Part shown: positions 12,740 to 26,639 of the stretch, piece by piece
Layout of the letters: each line of letters opens with the position of its first letter
Position numbering within the stretch: position 1 is the first letter of the stretch
Origin: Octopus sinensis
Taxonomy: Eukaryota
Length of the DNA: 64,000 bases
Direction: 5' to 3'
NCBI RefSeq assembly: GCF_006345805.1
Contig: NC_043001.1
Location: 13,330,001 to 13,394,000 of the forward strand
Notes under the pieces: generated by a model
What the model was told of the DNA's origin: nothing
The model's input: the letters and a program-made list of their open reading frames with translations, nothing else
Databases searched by the model: none
Position numbers and translations under genes: made by a program

Positions 12740-14520
12740 TTCGGATAGTTGAGTTTGGGTTTGTACTTTTCAATGAAGAATGTTTTTATTTAGTCTAATT
12801 TGTGGTGATGATCCGAAAGCACATTGGTAAAATGGAAAGATTAAAAATTGTGGTTGTAGTTGCTTTGCGCATTCTCAATGTGTTCACTAAAAGGTATCAT
12901 CTATATTCTGGGAATGCAATCTGTTGTCGATGCAGTGTGCATCTACGTCTGAGTGATAGTCCCGTGGACCCCACGTAGTCTTGGTGGCAGCCGAGCATTT
13001 AATGACATAATTTATGTTTTCAGAGGCACAAGTAAAGTTAGATTTGATCTTGAATTTCTGTCCCTCTTTAAAGAAGGAATTCTGATCCTTCCAATAGGTT
13101 AGGACAGGTTGCACAGTTCGATCTACCACATTTTTTTACTTTTGCATCCGTATTTTAGAAGACAATTTTGCCTTTGTGAGAATCTTTTTAAGTGATTTAG
13201 GCTGTTTGTAGCTTTTAATGATTGGTGTATGTTTAGAATTTCCTTTAATTTGGGGTTTTTATGAAGTATTGGTAAATTCTGGGTGATGATGGTGAAAGCT
13301 TCTTTGTTTCTGGGGTTGTATGTAGGTATGTAAGGTAGTATTTTCGGGGAAGGTGTGTTGTTGTGTTGAACTTTTCTTAAAGTTTCTATGTTGATTTCTG
13401 TTGCACGTCTGATCCCATCCTCTATGAGTTGAGTTGGGTAATGTCTGTCAATTAAGGTGTTTTTGAGTTCTTGCAGTCTGAAGTTCCTGGTGTTTTGTTC
13501 TGACACTATTGTGCATATCCTTCTTGCAAGGTTGAAGGGGGTGTTTGTTTTAGTGTGTCTTGGGTGGCATGAACTAAAAAGAAGCTATTGTTTGGCGTCT
13601 GTGGCTTTGTAGAAAATGTCTGTTTCTATTTTAAGGTTAATTTTTTTAATTAGTATATCCAAGAACGGGAGTTCCTTTTGTTGTATTCCATTGTGAACTG
13701 TATATTTGGGTTTATGCTGTTCAATAGGTTTTTAAATTTAAGAGTTTATCTGTGTTTTCATTCCAGAGAATAAAACAATCGTCCAAGAATCGTTTCCAGT
13801 TCTCTTTTATGTATTGAGAGAGGGGGTTTCCAAAGATTGATAAGGATTCCTGGTAAATGGTTATTTCCATGTATCCCATTGTTAAGTTCGCAATGACTGG
13901 CGCTGCCCTTGTACCCATAGCAATTCCGGATTTTTGACGGTAAAATGTATTGTCAAACATGAAGTGGTTATTGTGTAGGATGAATTCAATTGATTTAGTA
14001 ATGAATTCTTTACTGATCCTTTTTGGTATTTCTTCCGGAAATTGGTCTAACCAGAACTGAATTGCTTCCAGTCCATAATTATGAGGTATACTGGTATACA
14101 AGTTGACTACATCAAATGCAACCAGGATTGTTTCTTCCTTGGCTTTTTTTGGGAGGTGGTTTAACATATCTAAGTCATCTCTGATATGGCTATCGATATG
14201 TTTAAGGAAGGCTTTCAGGAGGATGTCCATAAGCAGACTTAGTCTGTGTGTTTCACAGGTTGGGCCAGCTACAATGGGTCGTAGTTTTAGGTCCCCCGTG
14301 TTGGGTGTGTGTATGTATGTCTTTGGTGATTTTTTAATGGTTTCATTTATAATTTGACTTTTATGAATTTTTGGCAGACCATAGAAAAGGCTAGGTTTGC
14401 ATTTGAAGTTTGTTAGGAAATCAATCTCTTTGGTTGTTAGTTCCTTTTCATGGGTTTTAATTAGTGAAGATAGAGTTTTCATTATTTTTTGTGGAGTGTA
14501 GTTGGTAATTTTTTCATAAT
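12740..14520 (-). pseudogene. PLE reverse transcriptase plus GIY-YIG endonuclease ORF (frameshifts and stops)
   Basis: FYGLPKIHK, LRPIVAG, AFDVVNLYTSIP, GIAMGT, WKRFLDDCF. Then SCHPRHTKTNTPFNLARRICTIVS, and FTCASENINYVIKC...DYVGSTGLSLRRRCTLHRQ. Confidence 0.92.
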
Positions 14521-14705
14521 ATGAAAAAATTACCATATGAAAAAATTATGTCATTTTAAGGAGGGAAAAAAATTTTTCCAATATTCTCCAGACATTTTGA
14601 CGCAAATATATATTTTTTTTAACATTTAAGCCTTCTGTCGTTTTTTCACTCTTTACTATTTTCTTATATTTCACCCACGTGCTTTACCAAACAACCTTTC
14701 TTATC

Positions 14706-14764
<59 letters not shown>

Positions 14765-14811
14765 GTATGTATATATATATATATATATGTTTATATGTGT
14801 ATATAAATATA

Positions 14812-14854
<43 letters not shown>

Positions 14855-14873
14855 ATATATGCACACACAAATA

Positions 14874-14914
<41 letters not shown>

Positions 14915-16200
14915 TATATATATTCACAGAGTTCGCGAGATCGAGAGAGAGACCCAGAGAGAGTGAGATGGAGAATGTTTATGTAACATGAACGTTTATA
15001 CAATTCACAGTTCCTATGAGGATGTTTTACGTATGGTTATAATAATAGCTATATCGCATCATTTTTAGTCATTCGAATTTAATATCCCGTTCACCAGATC
15101 ACATATAAAACATGAAATGCATTCCCTAATTTGCATAGAAGTAGATCTGATGACTCACCATTAAGAAAACGGAACTTATTTTATGCGCGACACAAAGAAC
15201 TTTTGAAAAGTTAATATATATTTACGTTCATATAATTTTTCTTTGTGTGGTGAGAAACATAGATGCTGTATTATTAATGATGAACGCGAGGATTAGAATT
15301 ATGAAAATTCACAAACATGCAAACAATAAAATCGCACATTAGATATGAGATTGTAATCCCGATTTTCTGCTTTAAATGTTAGCAAATGCGCGCAGTTGAT
15401 TAAAGAAGCATATCATGTACAGCTTCGCTTTGGAACAGTCAAAACCATTGAAATAACCGGTGAGGGATCCATTTCCTTTCCTTGGAGCATAACAACTAGC
15501 TTACAAAGAATTCATTTACACGGTTATTTAATTCACTGCGAGGTTTTGTAATTTCTATGTATGTGCTTGTGTTTGCTTGTGTCTTATTGAAAATTCTATG
15601 CATAGAAAAAATATATAACTTGTCTCTATACAGCATAAATTGACGGATGCACAAGAGTTTCAATAAAATTTAAGGATTACATCTACAGCGAGGTATCGAA
15701 TTCATTTTTCAAGAAGTGGATATCCGAAAACAAGATTAAAGTTATCCAGGGACATCGTTATCTTTGACGTTGTCTCTTCGTTCAAAATTAAAAACATTTA
15801 TCATTTTTATTTGATATTTAGGCATGTAATAACTGCGAACTGGAATTAATGTATTCCATTTTAGAGTAAATAATTTGAAGGCATCTCAGGGATATGTGTG
15901 GGTTGATTTTATGTAAAATGACTTTCTCCTTTATCAACGTTGGCGGGGATTCCGCTTTATTCACCTTGTCATTTTTTTCTTTACCCTAAATAGACAAAAG
16001 AATATTCCACGAAGAAAGAAATTATGCTCTTTAGAAATGAAATCAAGACATTAAAAGAACATTTTAAAAACGAAATCGTAACTGATGTTTCTCTTGTCTA
16101 AATTTTATATTTTTATGTCAGTTACATTGGTCTTTAAAACGTTGGTCTCAAAATGTTGCTTGCCTTAGTCTTTCAATAAGAGATTTACCGACAGTAAAAT

Positions 16201-16627
16201 AGGCGCAGGGGTGGCTCTGTGGTAAGTACCTTGTTTACCAACCACATGGTTCCGGGTTCAGTCCCACTGCGTGGCCCCTTGGGCAAGTATCTTCTACTGT
16301 AGCCTCGGGCCGACCAAAGCTTTGTGTGTGGATTTGGTAGACGGAAACTGAAAGAAGCCTGCCGTATATATGTATATATATATATATGTGTGTGTGTGTG
16401 TTTGTGTGTCTGTGTTTGTCCCCCTAGCATTGCTTGACAACCGATGCTGGTGTGTTTATGTCCCCGTTACTTAGCGGTTCGGCAAAAGAGACCGATAGAA
16501 TAAGTATTGGGCTTACAAAAAAAAAAGAATAAGTCCCGGGGTCGAGTTCCTCGATTAAAGGCGGTGCTCCAGCATGGCCGCAGTCAAATGACTAAAGCAA
16601 GTAAAAGAGTAAAAGAGTAAAAAGAGT
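16201..16627 (+). mobile_element. SINE family A, full length
   Basis: AGGCGCAGGGGTGGC head, GGTTCAGTCCC B box, (GTAAAAGA)n tail. Confidence 0.92.
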
Positions 16628-17287
16628 AGTTAAGAAATGATATAGTGAAACGTAGAATTCTTCAGAAATGATAAAAAGTGGTTCCTAAGAACATTCTACA
16701 CCCACAGCAGTAAGTGAATGACGAATTTATATACGGTTAACGACAACCTATAAAGCATATTGAAGTCATTACAATACGTCAGGCATCTCCATTCGCATGG
16801 CTTTAAAATCTTAATAAACCATACATCTATGTTCTCCTTACTTTCAGAAATACACCCCATCCAACATTGATATATTTATGTAAGGGTGATCTTAACATAA
16901 CCATCTTCGTAATTTTAAACATCAAATTTTTGCATTCCAATACTATTATGAAAGAAAGTATTGGAAACTAAATGTTTCGTGTGTCATTTCAATTATGTCG
17001 GATACAGATGCAAAAAGAGATTCCAGAAGAAAATAATGTAACCTCCATGGATTTTTGATGAGACATAAAATAGAATCTAAGATAAATTTTCGTCTATAAA
17101 ATAGCGTCATTCTACATTTTTTTAGAGAATAGAAACATTTTTCAAAATACGATCCATAAAATGGTTCAGCTAAAATACATACACCTTGCATAATATTAAT
17201 ATCGTACCAATAGAAACTTATTGTGAGTAAGTATGTAAAAATGAACTTATAACATTACTTTAAAAGATATTCAGAGAAATAAACCAC

Positions 17288-17633
17288 GTGGCTGTGTGAT
17301 AAGCAGCTTGCTTACCAACCACATAGTTCCGGGTTCAGTGCCACAGCGTGACACCTTGGGCAAGTGTCTTCTACTATAGCCACGGCCGACCAAAGTCTTG
17401 TGAGTGGATTTGGTAGACGGAAACTGAAAGCAGCCCGTCGTATATATGTATGTATATATATATATGTGTGTGTGTATATGTGTATGTGTTTGTCCGCCCC
17501 TCCCCCAACATCGCTTGACAACCGATGCTGGTGTGTTTATGTCTCCGTAATTTAGCGGTTCGACAAAAGAGACCGATACAATAAGTAGTAGGCTTACAAA
17601 GAATAAGTCCTGGCCGCAGTCAAATGACTGAAG
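17288..17633 (+). mobile_element. SINE family A (deletion in 3' part)
   Basis: Matches the family A head and body; lacks the GGGGTCGA...CCAGCA segment. Confidence 0.88.
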
Positions 17634-18215
17634 TAATTAAAATGGTAAATAGAGAGACTGTTGATATCAAGATACTAAATGTACATATATATGCAAAACG
17701 TATATTAATTAAACAATCTGTACGTATCCTTATTGAGCAATCTATAATTGTGACATTGTTACCTATATGAACGTGAACAATTGCATATACAAATATATGT
17801 CTATGATAGATACAACCATACGCATTCCAGAAATGGATGTGCGTCTTCGTTTGCAAGCCGGAGTTATTTCTTCGTATTCCTCCCAACATTTTCAGACGGG
17901 GGCTTATGATTTGAAGGAAATGCCAATTTTAAATATATCAAGGAAATGTTCTTGATAAATGTTGTATTGCTATTGACATTGTGTGTTTTCCGTATTTATA
18001 TTTGGAACATTAGGCCTGTCAAATTATGTAAATATGCGTAGTTCAAAATTATGAAAAATATCCATGACAACATAACAGTTTACCATTCCTGTCAGACACA
18101 ACAAACTCTTTCATACCTTACTCCATTTTAAATGGTGAAAAAACATTTACCAACAACAATCTAGAACACAATTATAGATAGATACATATCATATGTCTAC
18201 TTAAAAAATGGACAA

Positions 18216-18372
18216 GCCGCAGGAATGGCTGTGTGGTAAGTAGTTTGCTTACCAACGAAATGTCTCACTGCATTATAACTTGGGCACGTGTCTTCTACGC
18301 ATAGCCTCGGGCCAACCTAAGCCTTTTAAGTGGATTTGGTTGACGGAAACTGAAAGAAGCCCATCGTATATC

Positions 18373-18415
<43 letters not shown>

Positions 18416-18453
18416 ATATATATATATATATATATACATATATATACACAGAG

Positions 18454-18506
<53 letters not shown>

Positions 18507-18586
18507 TTATTCAAAGAAATTCCAACTCTGTTTTTTGTTTTATTTATATTCTTTATGGTATTAATGTAGAATGTAGAATATATAGT

Positions 18587-18625
<39 letters not shown>

Positions 18626-18627
18626 TA

Positions 18628-18669
<42 letters not shown>

Positions 18670-18925
18670 AAATGAAATGAAGTATTAATTGACGTATTGA
18701 ATAGATGAAATATTGAATATAAATTATTAAGGGACTAGTATACTTTCTTGCATTATAGCAGTCCGCTTGACAGACGATACTGGTGTGTTTACTTCCCCTA
18801 TAACATAGCTGTTCGGCATAATAGTTCGATAGAATAAGTACTAGGCTTACAAAGAATAATTCCTGGGGTCGACTGAAGGCGGTGCTCCAGCATAGCCGCA
18901 GTCAAATGACTGAAACAAATAAAGG
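18216..18925 (+). mobile_element. SINE family A split by expanded (TA)n/(GATA)n and other sequence
   Basis: 5' half at 18216-18370 and 3' half at about 18755-18925, same orientation. Confidence 0.75.
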
Positions 18926-19025
18926 AATACTTTGCATGATTCCGAGTAGCTAATTTAGAACGTTTAAATTTTATGTTATAGACCTATACACGAATTTCTA
19001 TTTAACTGTTACATGTACACACTTG

Positions 19026-19408
19026 TGGAAGCACTCCGTCGGTTACGACGACGAGGGTTCCAGTTGACCCGATCAACGGAACAGCCTGCTCGTGAAATTA
19101 ACGTGTAAGTGGCTGAGCACTCCACAGACACGTGTACCCTTAACGTAGTTCTCGTGGATATTCAGTGTGATACAGAGAGTGACAAGGCCGGCCCTTTGAA
19201 ATACAGGTACAACAGAAACAGGAAGTAATAGTGAGAGAAAGTTGTGGTGAAAGAGTACAGCAGGGATCAGCATCATCCCCTGCCGGAGACTCGTGGAGCT
19301 TTAGGTGTTTTCGCTCAATAAACACTCACAACGCCCGGTCTGGGAATCGAAACCGCGATCCTACGACCGCGAGTCCGCTGCCCTAACCACTGGGCCATTG
19401 CGCCTCCA
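19026..19408 (-). mobile_element. SINE family C
   Basis: Colinear with 7697-8077; B box GGTTTCGATTCCC on the minus strand. Confidence 0.9.
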
Positions 19409-20160
19409 ATGTACACACTACAATGTATCACTAAATACACATGTACATGCGGAGATACGTAGATCCTTTATGCATATATTCATCGCCATATATCTTGCAT
19501 GTTTGCTTATATATGTAAATGTGTTTACGTGGAGGGTTGTTTCCATACGTTTATCAATATGTGTATGTGAGTGCGAATACCTGTGTTTGTGTGTTCATGT
19601 GTACACAAAAATATCACATGCGTAAATTTATCCTCGGGACAACTTTTCAGAGAAGATTGTTTAGGTCAGTATTAGCGCTAACGCAATTTCCTCCGACAAC
19701 AACTAAATAAAGACGTCGATATATTTGTTACTCGATCTGCACGTGTTTCGCGTGAAGAGCATGTCAGAAGAATTGTTTTGTAAAGAATACGAACATATAC
19801 ATATACACAGATACATATACAGAGAACCAAACATAGTGGAAGTAGCTTTAACAGTAGCCGCAGAAAAAAAAAAGAAAAATGGCAGCTATTGTGTCACTGA
19901 ACAATGCAAACATGTTGCGTGTGTTACATTCGGAACAATAACAAGTTATTTCGCTGTAGGCTCTTCTTTTGTTTAAAGAAAATGCATTGCAATAGACTTT
20001 TCAAACATTGTTGATTAGAAAGGCATTTTTTCCTTCGTTAATACAAGAGAGCTTTCACAACTGAACCAAGCGTTTACATAAACCCGAGACATTACCGTAC
20101 CTACTACGATTACACGATTTTATACACAATTAATTTCAATGTAAATGTTTATCCGTATAT

Positions 20161-20191
<31 letters not shown>

Positions 20192-20216
20192 CATATATAC
20201 GTGTGTGTGTATGTAA

Positions 20217-20252
<36 letters not shown>

Positions 20253-20380
20253 TTGGGTATATATATATAAAATTAAAATTAAAATGAGGGTGAAAAATTG
20301 GATAGTAATTTGATAACATCAATTTTAACACTAGTGGTCTAGCATATAAAGAAACACTGAGTTTCAGTAAATAGTATTAC

Positions 20381-20508
20381 ATATATAAATATAAGAGGGA
20401 ATTTTACCACTATCTCTAGAGAACAATTCTTAGTGGTTAAAACCATAGCGGATCTTCTAGCATAAGGGTTTCCACATAGTGGTAACATTCCCTCTTATAT
20501 TTATATAT
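20381..20508. repeat. 33-bp inverted repeat
   Basis: ATATATAAATATAAGAGGGAATTTTACCACTAT versus ATAGTGGTAACATTCCCTCTTATATTTATATAT (1 mismatch). Confidence 0.85.
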
Positions 20509-20510
20509 AT

Positions 20511-20655
20511 ACCAGAGAAAGAACATAAATGCTAAACAAGGTGGAAAAAGATAATACAATACTCGAATACCAGAGGTAGAGTAATATGCTTTATTATTAA
20601 AGCTTCAGCAAAATCACAACTGTTACTCAAATAATCTCTGAGTAACAGTTTTTGT
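20511..20655 (-). mobile_element. Family G 3' portion ending in a small hairpin
   Basis: GGTAGAGTAATATGCTTTA and CAAGGTGGAAAA match 58030-58085 in reverse. Hairpin AACTGTTACTCA/TGAGTAACAGTT at 20618-20650. Confidence 0.7.
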
Positions 20656-20669
20656 GATATATATAGATA

Positions 20670-20802
<133 letters not shown>

Positions 20803-21598
20803 GTATGTATGTATTTATGTATGTATGTATATCCGAATCTTCAAAATGCATGTGTAAATACAAAAAAAGCAAAGAACGATTTTAAAGCTTATAGCAACAA
20901 AAAATTATTTAAGTTCACTTAGGAAGGTTTTGGTGTAAGGCGATCGCCTGAATTAGGCTTGCATTGGGCGTGGTTTTACATCAAAATCGTGGGAATTAAA
21001 ATAAAAATAGAAATAGGGGAAGGAAGCAAAATCTGTGCTATGGTTAGAGGAAGTAAGAGACACACTAATTAGACGTTTAACGATTGAGGCGTCTAATTAA
21101 ATAATTTATTAGCAGAAATGAATAATAGAGAAGAGGTCGTCAAATTCCGCTAGGGGTAGATACACATGCACACGTATAGACACATGTGCGCACAGATGTA
21201 ATATACCTCACACAAACACACACACATACACAGGTGTGTGTATTTGTTGAGTCTACACCATCGATCACTTGACATCCGGCTTTGGTTCCTTTACGTCCGT
21301 ATACTTCAACGGTTCCCGATAGAAGTTTATAACGTGTGAAGGTTTAAAGAAAGTTATTTACTGGACTAGAAGCTAGGTTTTATTGTGTCAGCAATCGAAA
21401 GATATAATTGTTAGGAGACAAAACGACCGAGACTAAGAATCATTGTTCATATTGATAGAAATCTCAAGAGAACCCAAAACATCAGAAAAGATACATTTCT
21501 GATCGTATCAAAATAAATGGTAAGATAGTATGTAAAACGTTTTATAATGTTTCCCTTTTCTAAGACTGATTTTTGCATCATTGTAGGGAATGGAGTTG

Positions 21599-21656
<58 letters not shown>

Positions 21657-21837
21657 TATATATATATAATAATAATAAATATTAGGGAATAAATCCAAAT
21701 TTACAAGGAAAAATCAGATTTAAGATTGAATCCAATTTTATAATAAAATATTATATTATAATAATTAGAGACAAAACCACTATTATTCAAATCAAACAGA
21801 GAAAGACTTAAGCCAATACATAAAATATAAAATAATT

Positions 21838-21873
<36 letters not shown>

Positions 21874-23313
21874 ATATTGTGAAGGCAAATATATTTTTCT
21901 TGGTAAAGTAGTGACATCATATAATATGCCTGTATTTTGCGGTCTCTAAAATCATTCTTCTAAAGATAGATTAGAGTGAAAATCGATAAATAAGCCACTT
22001 ATCTCAACAATGGAAAGCGGTGTTATTACAAGGATCGAAGCGCCTTATCTTCGCCGCTCACATGAACAGTTAAAAATTGGAATTAATAAAGAAAATGACC
22101 AAAAGTAAAATGATTTTCAAAATATTTCAATGCTTTAGTTCCTGAAAAATTATAAAGGAATTTGCAAGGAATAAACTGATTGGATTGAAAGTGTTATATT
22201 GCTAATCTAATGATGACATCTAATATCTTACAGAACCAATCAATGATGTCCATTCTTGAAAATTAGGCAACAGAAAGCTCAGAAACTGTATCAACTTGGT
22301 CAATACATACAAAGCAATAATTGATTTGATCATTGGAAATAATAGCATAGTAAAATCCAATAGAATATGTATTACACGAATGTTAGCATAATAACAGTTT
22401 ATTAAGATCGCTTACAACATCTCATTGATCAGAATGACCCAATGGTCTATGAATGAATCGATATAATTACTATACACCAAGAATATAACATTTAGAGATA
22501 GCAGATAAGACACGACATGATCACAGAATCAATTGCGTTGTCAACCGAATAACAAATTAGAGGATGTAGGAAGAATAACGAACTGAAAACTGAAAATAAG
22601 ACGTCAGGTAAATTAGGGATTAATAAGGAAAGCGAGAAAATAATCGCTATGTTATATTATTGACCAGAACGTTATATCATTTAGCGACACAAGGCAGGAA
22701 AGCCTCACTTATTTCCTTATAGTACATTTCCGGACAATGAAAAGATAGTGGACACGTTTACGATTGAATCTTGCTTCGCTATGATAATTAGTGAAACAAT
22801 GAAACGTGGTCAGAATATTTTACATAAAAAAAGACTCAGTATAGATATAGAATTCCGCCATCAATGAATCCAACACCAATTGACACACCAAACGACTGAG
22901 AATAAAAGCCATAGAAAAACAATTATTGACTTCAATAATCATTTATAAAAAATCTGTATCTTATCGTTGGTTTTGGTAAATTTTGAAGATATTATGAAAC
23001 ACATATGCATTGTATACGATCCTTATCTCATAAATTGGAACGTATTTGTCTTCGCAAAATATTTTTAACTACAGTCAACACAAAAATGGGAAAATCAGCC
23101 TCAGATCAATGAATCTGTAATACAAGTTTCTGCAGGACAGCTTATCTGATGCCGCTAGTTGTTCTTGAATTTTCGACTCACAGTTGAAATCTATGATTTT
23201 GAGCACACACCCAGGGCTCAACAGCATAGCTGATGAGAGGCATTGGCTACCGTTCTCTCCGGGCGTTGGTTTTAAGGGCGCAGAACTTTTGCGTCTGATG
23301 TATAAGCTGGTAT

Positions 23314-23731
23314 CTTATTTCTTTATTGCCCACAAGGGGCTAAACATAGAGGGAACAAACAAGAACAGACATAGGGATTAAGTCGATTATATCGACCCCA
23401 GGGCGTAACTGGTACTTAATTTATCAACCCCGAAGGGATGAAAGGCAAAGTCGAGCTTGGCGGAATTTGAACTCAGAACGTAACGACAGATGAAATACCT
23501 ATTTCTTTACTACCCACAAGGGGCTAAACACAGGGAGGGCAAACAAAGAAGGACAAACAGATTACGTCGATTATATCGACCGCAGTGCGTAACTGGTACT
23601 TATTTAATCCTACCCGAAAGGATAAAAGGCAATGTCGACCTCGGCGGAATTTGAACTCAGAACGTAACGGCAGACGAAATACCGGTAAGCATTTCGCCCG
23701 GCGTGCTAACGATTCTACCTGCTCGCCGCCT
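23314..23731 (-). mobile_element. SINE family B, head plus two bodies, with probable TSD
   Basis: Flanked by TATAAGCTGGTAT (23301) and TATAAACTGGTAT (23732). Confidence 0.9.
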
Positions 23732-24991
23732 TATAAACTGGTATATATGTCGGCAAATTTAAGATTGTGTGTTTTGCGACTTTACCGCACAGCACACAAT
23801 CTAGGCATGACACAGCCCTGGCCTCATTCCCTTCAAACATTAACAACCTAGCCATTAAAATCTTTATAATTTGACACTTATGATTTGTCTTTTGCAACGT
23901 ACTGAATTGTGTAGAGATGAGTGAAATATTAGACACTCCTAAAACATCGCCTAATTTTAATATCACATCGTATCATTCATACACAATAAATATTATCTTC
24001 TGCAAGATGAAATAAGCTTTTAACTCTTCTAGCCCATCCTAACGACATTATGTTTACTTTTAGTCATCTTAAAAGGAACTGGAAAGTGACAAAAGAATTA
24101 ATGTCTTGATGCATTTGCGCTGAACATAGCAAGCCTACCATGCCTGCTTTCTTTATGATATGAAACACTACCTACTTTTGTATATGTGATTGTATATAAC
24201 ATTTAATACTAAATAGACATGTTTCTGTGAGTATAAGCTGTACAGTTTGAGTGAATGCGAAAATGGCATTCACCTACGTAAGTTTACTACATGTGTGCTA
24301 TGGAATTGCAAATGGCCTCTCATGTTCATCAATAAAAGTATTGTGAAATTTTAAAAAAGAATGTGGTTATGTTGGGTCTTTTATTTGCATTAGCCTCGCT
24401 AAAATGTGACTTTGCTTTTAAACATTTACGTATTGTAGATCTAAGTTGCTGCACAATACATTTAATTGCTTTTTGAGCGGGTGTTGATATTTACACTAGA
24501 TCTGCATGTTCCCATTTGCTACATGTACATGGTATATCATATCTCTACTTCTGGTGGTTTTCCTACTGCCGTTGCTTTAATGTCCACATGTTTCTTCATG
24601 AAAATTATCTCCAGTCATGTGACATTGTAGCGGCAATGAACAGAGCTGTATTTCACAAACCTCTCCACATGCTAGCAGACACCTTTTACATATCTCCTAC
24701 ATGTACTTCTCATTTCTGCTGTCACTTTTATTGGTGAATAGATGTATATATATATGTGTCTGTATATGTGTTTGTGTGTATACATATTAATATACACATA
24801 GGCACACACACACAAACACACATATATATATATATATGCATATGTATATACATGTGCCTATGTGTATGAAATTTGTATGTTTGTATTCCTTAATCTTTTG
24901 CCCTACACTTTAGATTCTACGCTAAAAAATTCAATTATTTCTTTTAACTCATAGTACATTCAGCCTGCAGAAGAACGACCACCGAGATATG

Positions 24992-25222
24992 TTTCTTTAT
25001 TACCCACAAGGGGCTAAACACAGAGGGGACAAACAAGGACAGACAAAGGGATTAAATAGATCACATCGACCTTAGTGCGTAACTGGTACTTAATTTATCG
25101 ACTACGAAAGGATGAAAGGCAAAGTCGACCTCGGCGGAATTTGAACTCAGAACCTTAACGGCAGACGAAATACGGCTAAGAATTTCGCCCGGCGTGCTAA
25201 CGTTTCTGCCAGCTCGCTGCCT
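24992..25222 (-). mobile_element. SINE family B, monomer
   Basis: Complete head and body. Confidence 0.9.
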
Positions 25223-25770
25223 TTCTGTCGCTGAAATATAATTAACAGATAACTACGTCGTTTCAATGCGTGAAAATAGATTATAATATCAATATGAGTT
25301 TCTTTATTGGCCACACAGGGCTGCACACAGATGGGACAAGTTACAAGGTAGAGCTTTTCTTTTGGGGGATGAAAAAAACAAAAAAACAAAAGAAACAAAA
25401 AAAGGGGGGTGGCGTAGGTTTTCGATCAAGAGGGATCGTAAAAGGGAAGAAAAGAACGAAAAAAAAAATAAAATAAAATAAAAAATAAAAAAAGAAAAAA
25501 GGAAAAAAGAAAAGGAAAAGGAACAAAAGAAAAGAGAAATGAAAAAAGACACTGTTTCGAGATTTCAGAGACAGAAATGTATATCACATTGACAATTATT
25601 TATGGTAAAAACAATCTATTAACTCAGGTAATAAAATCTAAGACGTGAATCCCAAATTAGATTTTTTAAATCACAAAAGATTAATTACCGATTTATCTAA
25701 TTTAGAAATAATTTAACGGACGACAATTAACACATCGTGATTAACTTGCCTTATATTTCGAATAATATTA

Positions 25771-26177
25771 GGCGTAAGATCGACTGTGTGGGAAGTAGCT
25801 TACTTACGAACAACATGGTTTCGGGTTCAGTCCCACTGCGTGGCACATTGGGCAAGTGTCTTCTACTATAGCCTCGGGCCGACCAAAGCCTTGTGAGTGG
25901 ATTTGGTAGAAGGAAACTGAAAGAAGCCCGTCGTATATCTGTACATGTGTGTATATGTTTGTGTGTCTGTTTTCGTCCCCCCCACCCACCCAACATCACT
26001 TGACAACCGATGCTGGTGTGTTTACGTCCCCATAACTTAGCGATTCGGCAAAAGAGCACGATAGAATAAGTACTAGGCTTACAAAGAATAAGTCATGGGG
26101 TCGATTTACTCGTCTAAAGGTGGTGCGCCAGTATGGCCACAGTCAAATGATTGAAACAAGTAAAAGAGTAGAAGAGT
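25771..26177 (+). mobile_element. SINE family A
   Basis: Head, body and tail match family A. Confidence 0.88.
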
Positions 26178-26279
26178 ATTATATAACTGCATTGATAAAT
26201 CTCAACGTAATCTATTTCGAATTTTTATGAAAATAATGCTGCAGAATATTCACAGAATTTACTAGAAAAAGTACGTTTA

Positions 26280-26500
26280 TACGAAAAGGAGTTGAAAAGT
26301 TCTTGCATTTAGGGGTATCAGGAAAGTTTTGGTTGGAAGCACAAACATCCGAGTTATTTTACAAGGTGCTAGATAAAGTGACGGAAAGATGCAATGAATG
26401 TGTGAATCTGAACAAGGAATATGTTGAATAAAATCATATTAACTGATCAACTTGTACTTTCTTTCACCCGAAACCAGGTATTTTCCGGCACCCCTTCGTA
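26280..26500 (+). mobile_element. Mariner-derived MITE-like element
   Basis: Imperfect TIRs TACGAAAAGGAGTTGAAAAGTTCTTG / CCAGGTATTTTCCGGCACCCCTTCGTA. Interior encodes a mariner-type C-terminus (ERCNECVNLNKEYVE*). Confidence 0.7.
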
Positions 26501-26639
26501 TATACTCTTTTACTCTTTTACTTGTTTCAGTAAAACACTCCTGACTAAAGAAGGCCTTCGGCCACATAAGGTGTTGTATTCTTGTTTAGCAGGATATGAA
26601 AGTTTTAGTCCACTTTGGAATGTTAAACCCTATTGATCA

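Larger units (their letters stand above)
12376..14703 (-). mobile_element. Penelope-like retroelement, 5'-truncated, with ~161-bp inverted terminal repeats
   Basis: RT and GIY-YIG coding remnants. 12376-12536 is the reverse complement of 14542-14703. (TA)n flanks both sides. Confidence 0.92.

Noticed and set aside
23230-23260. CTGATGA hammerhead core
   Set aside because: No GAAA follows the potential stem II.
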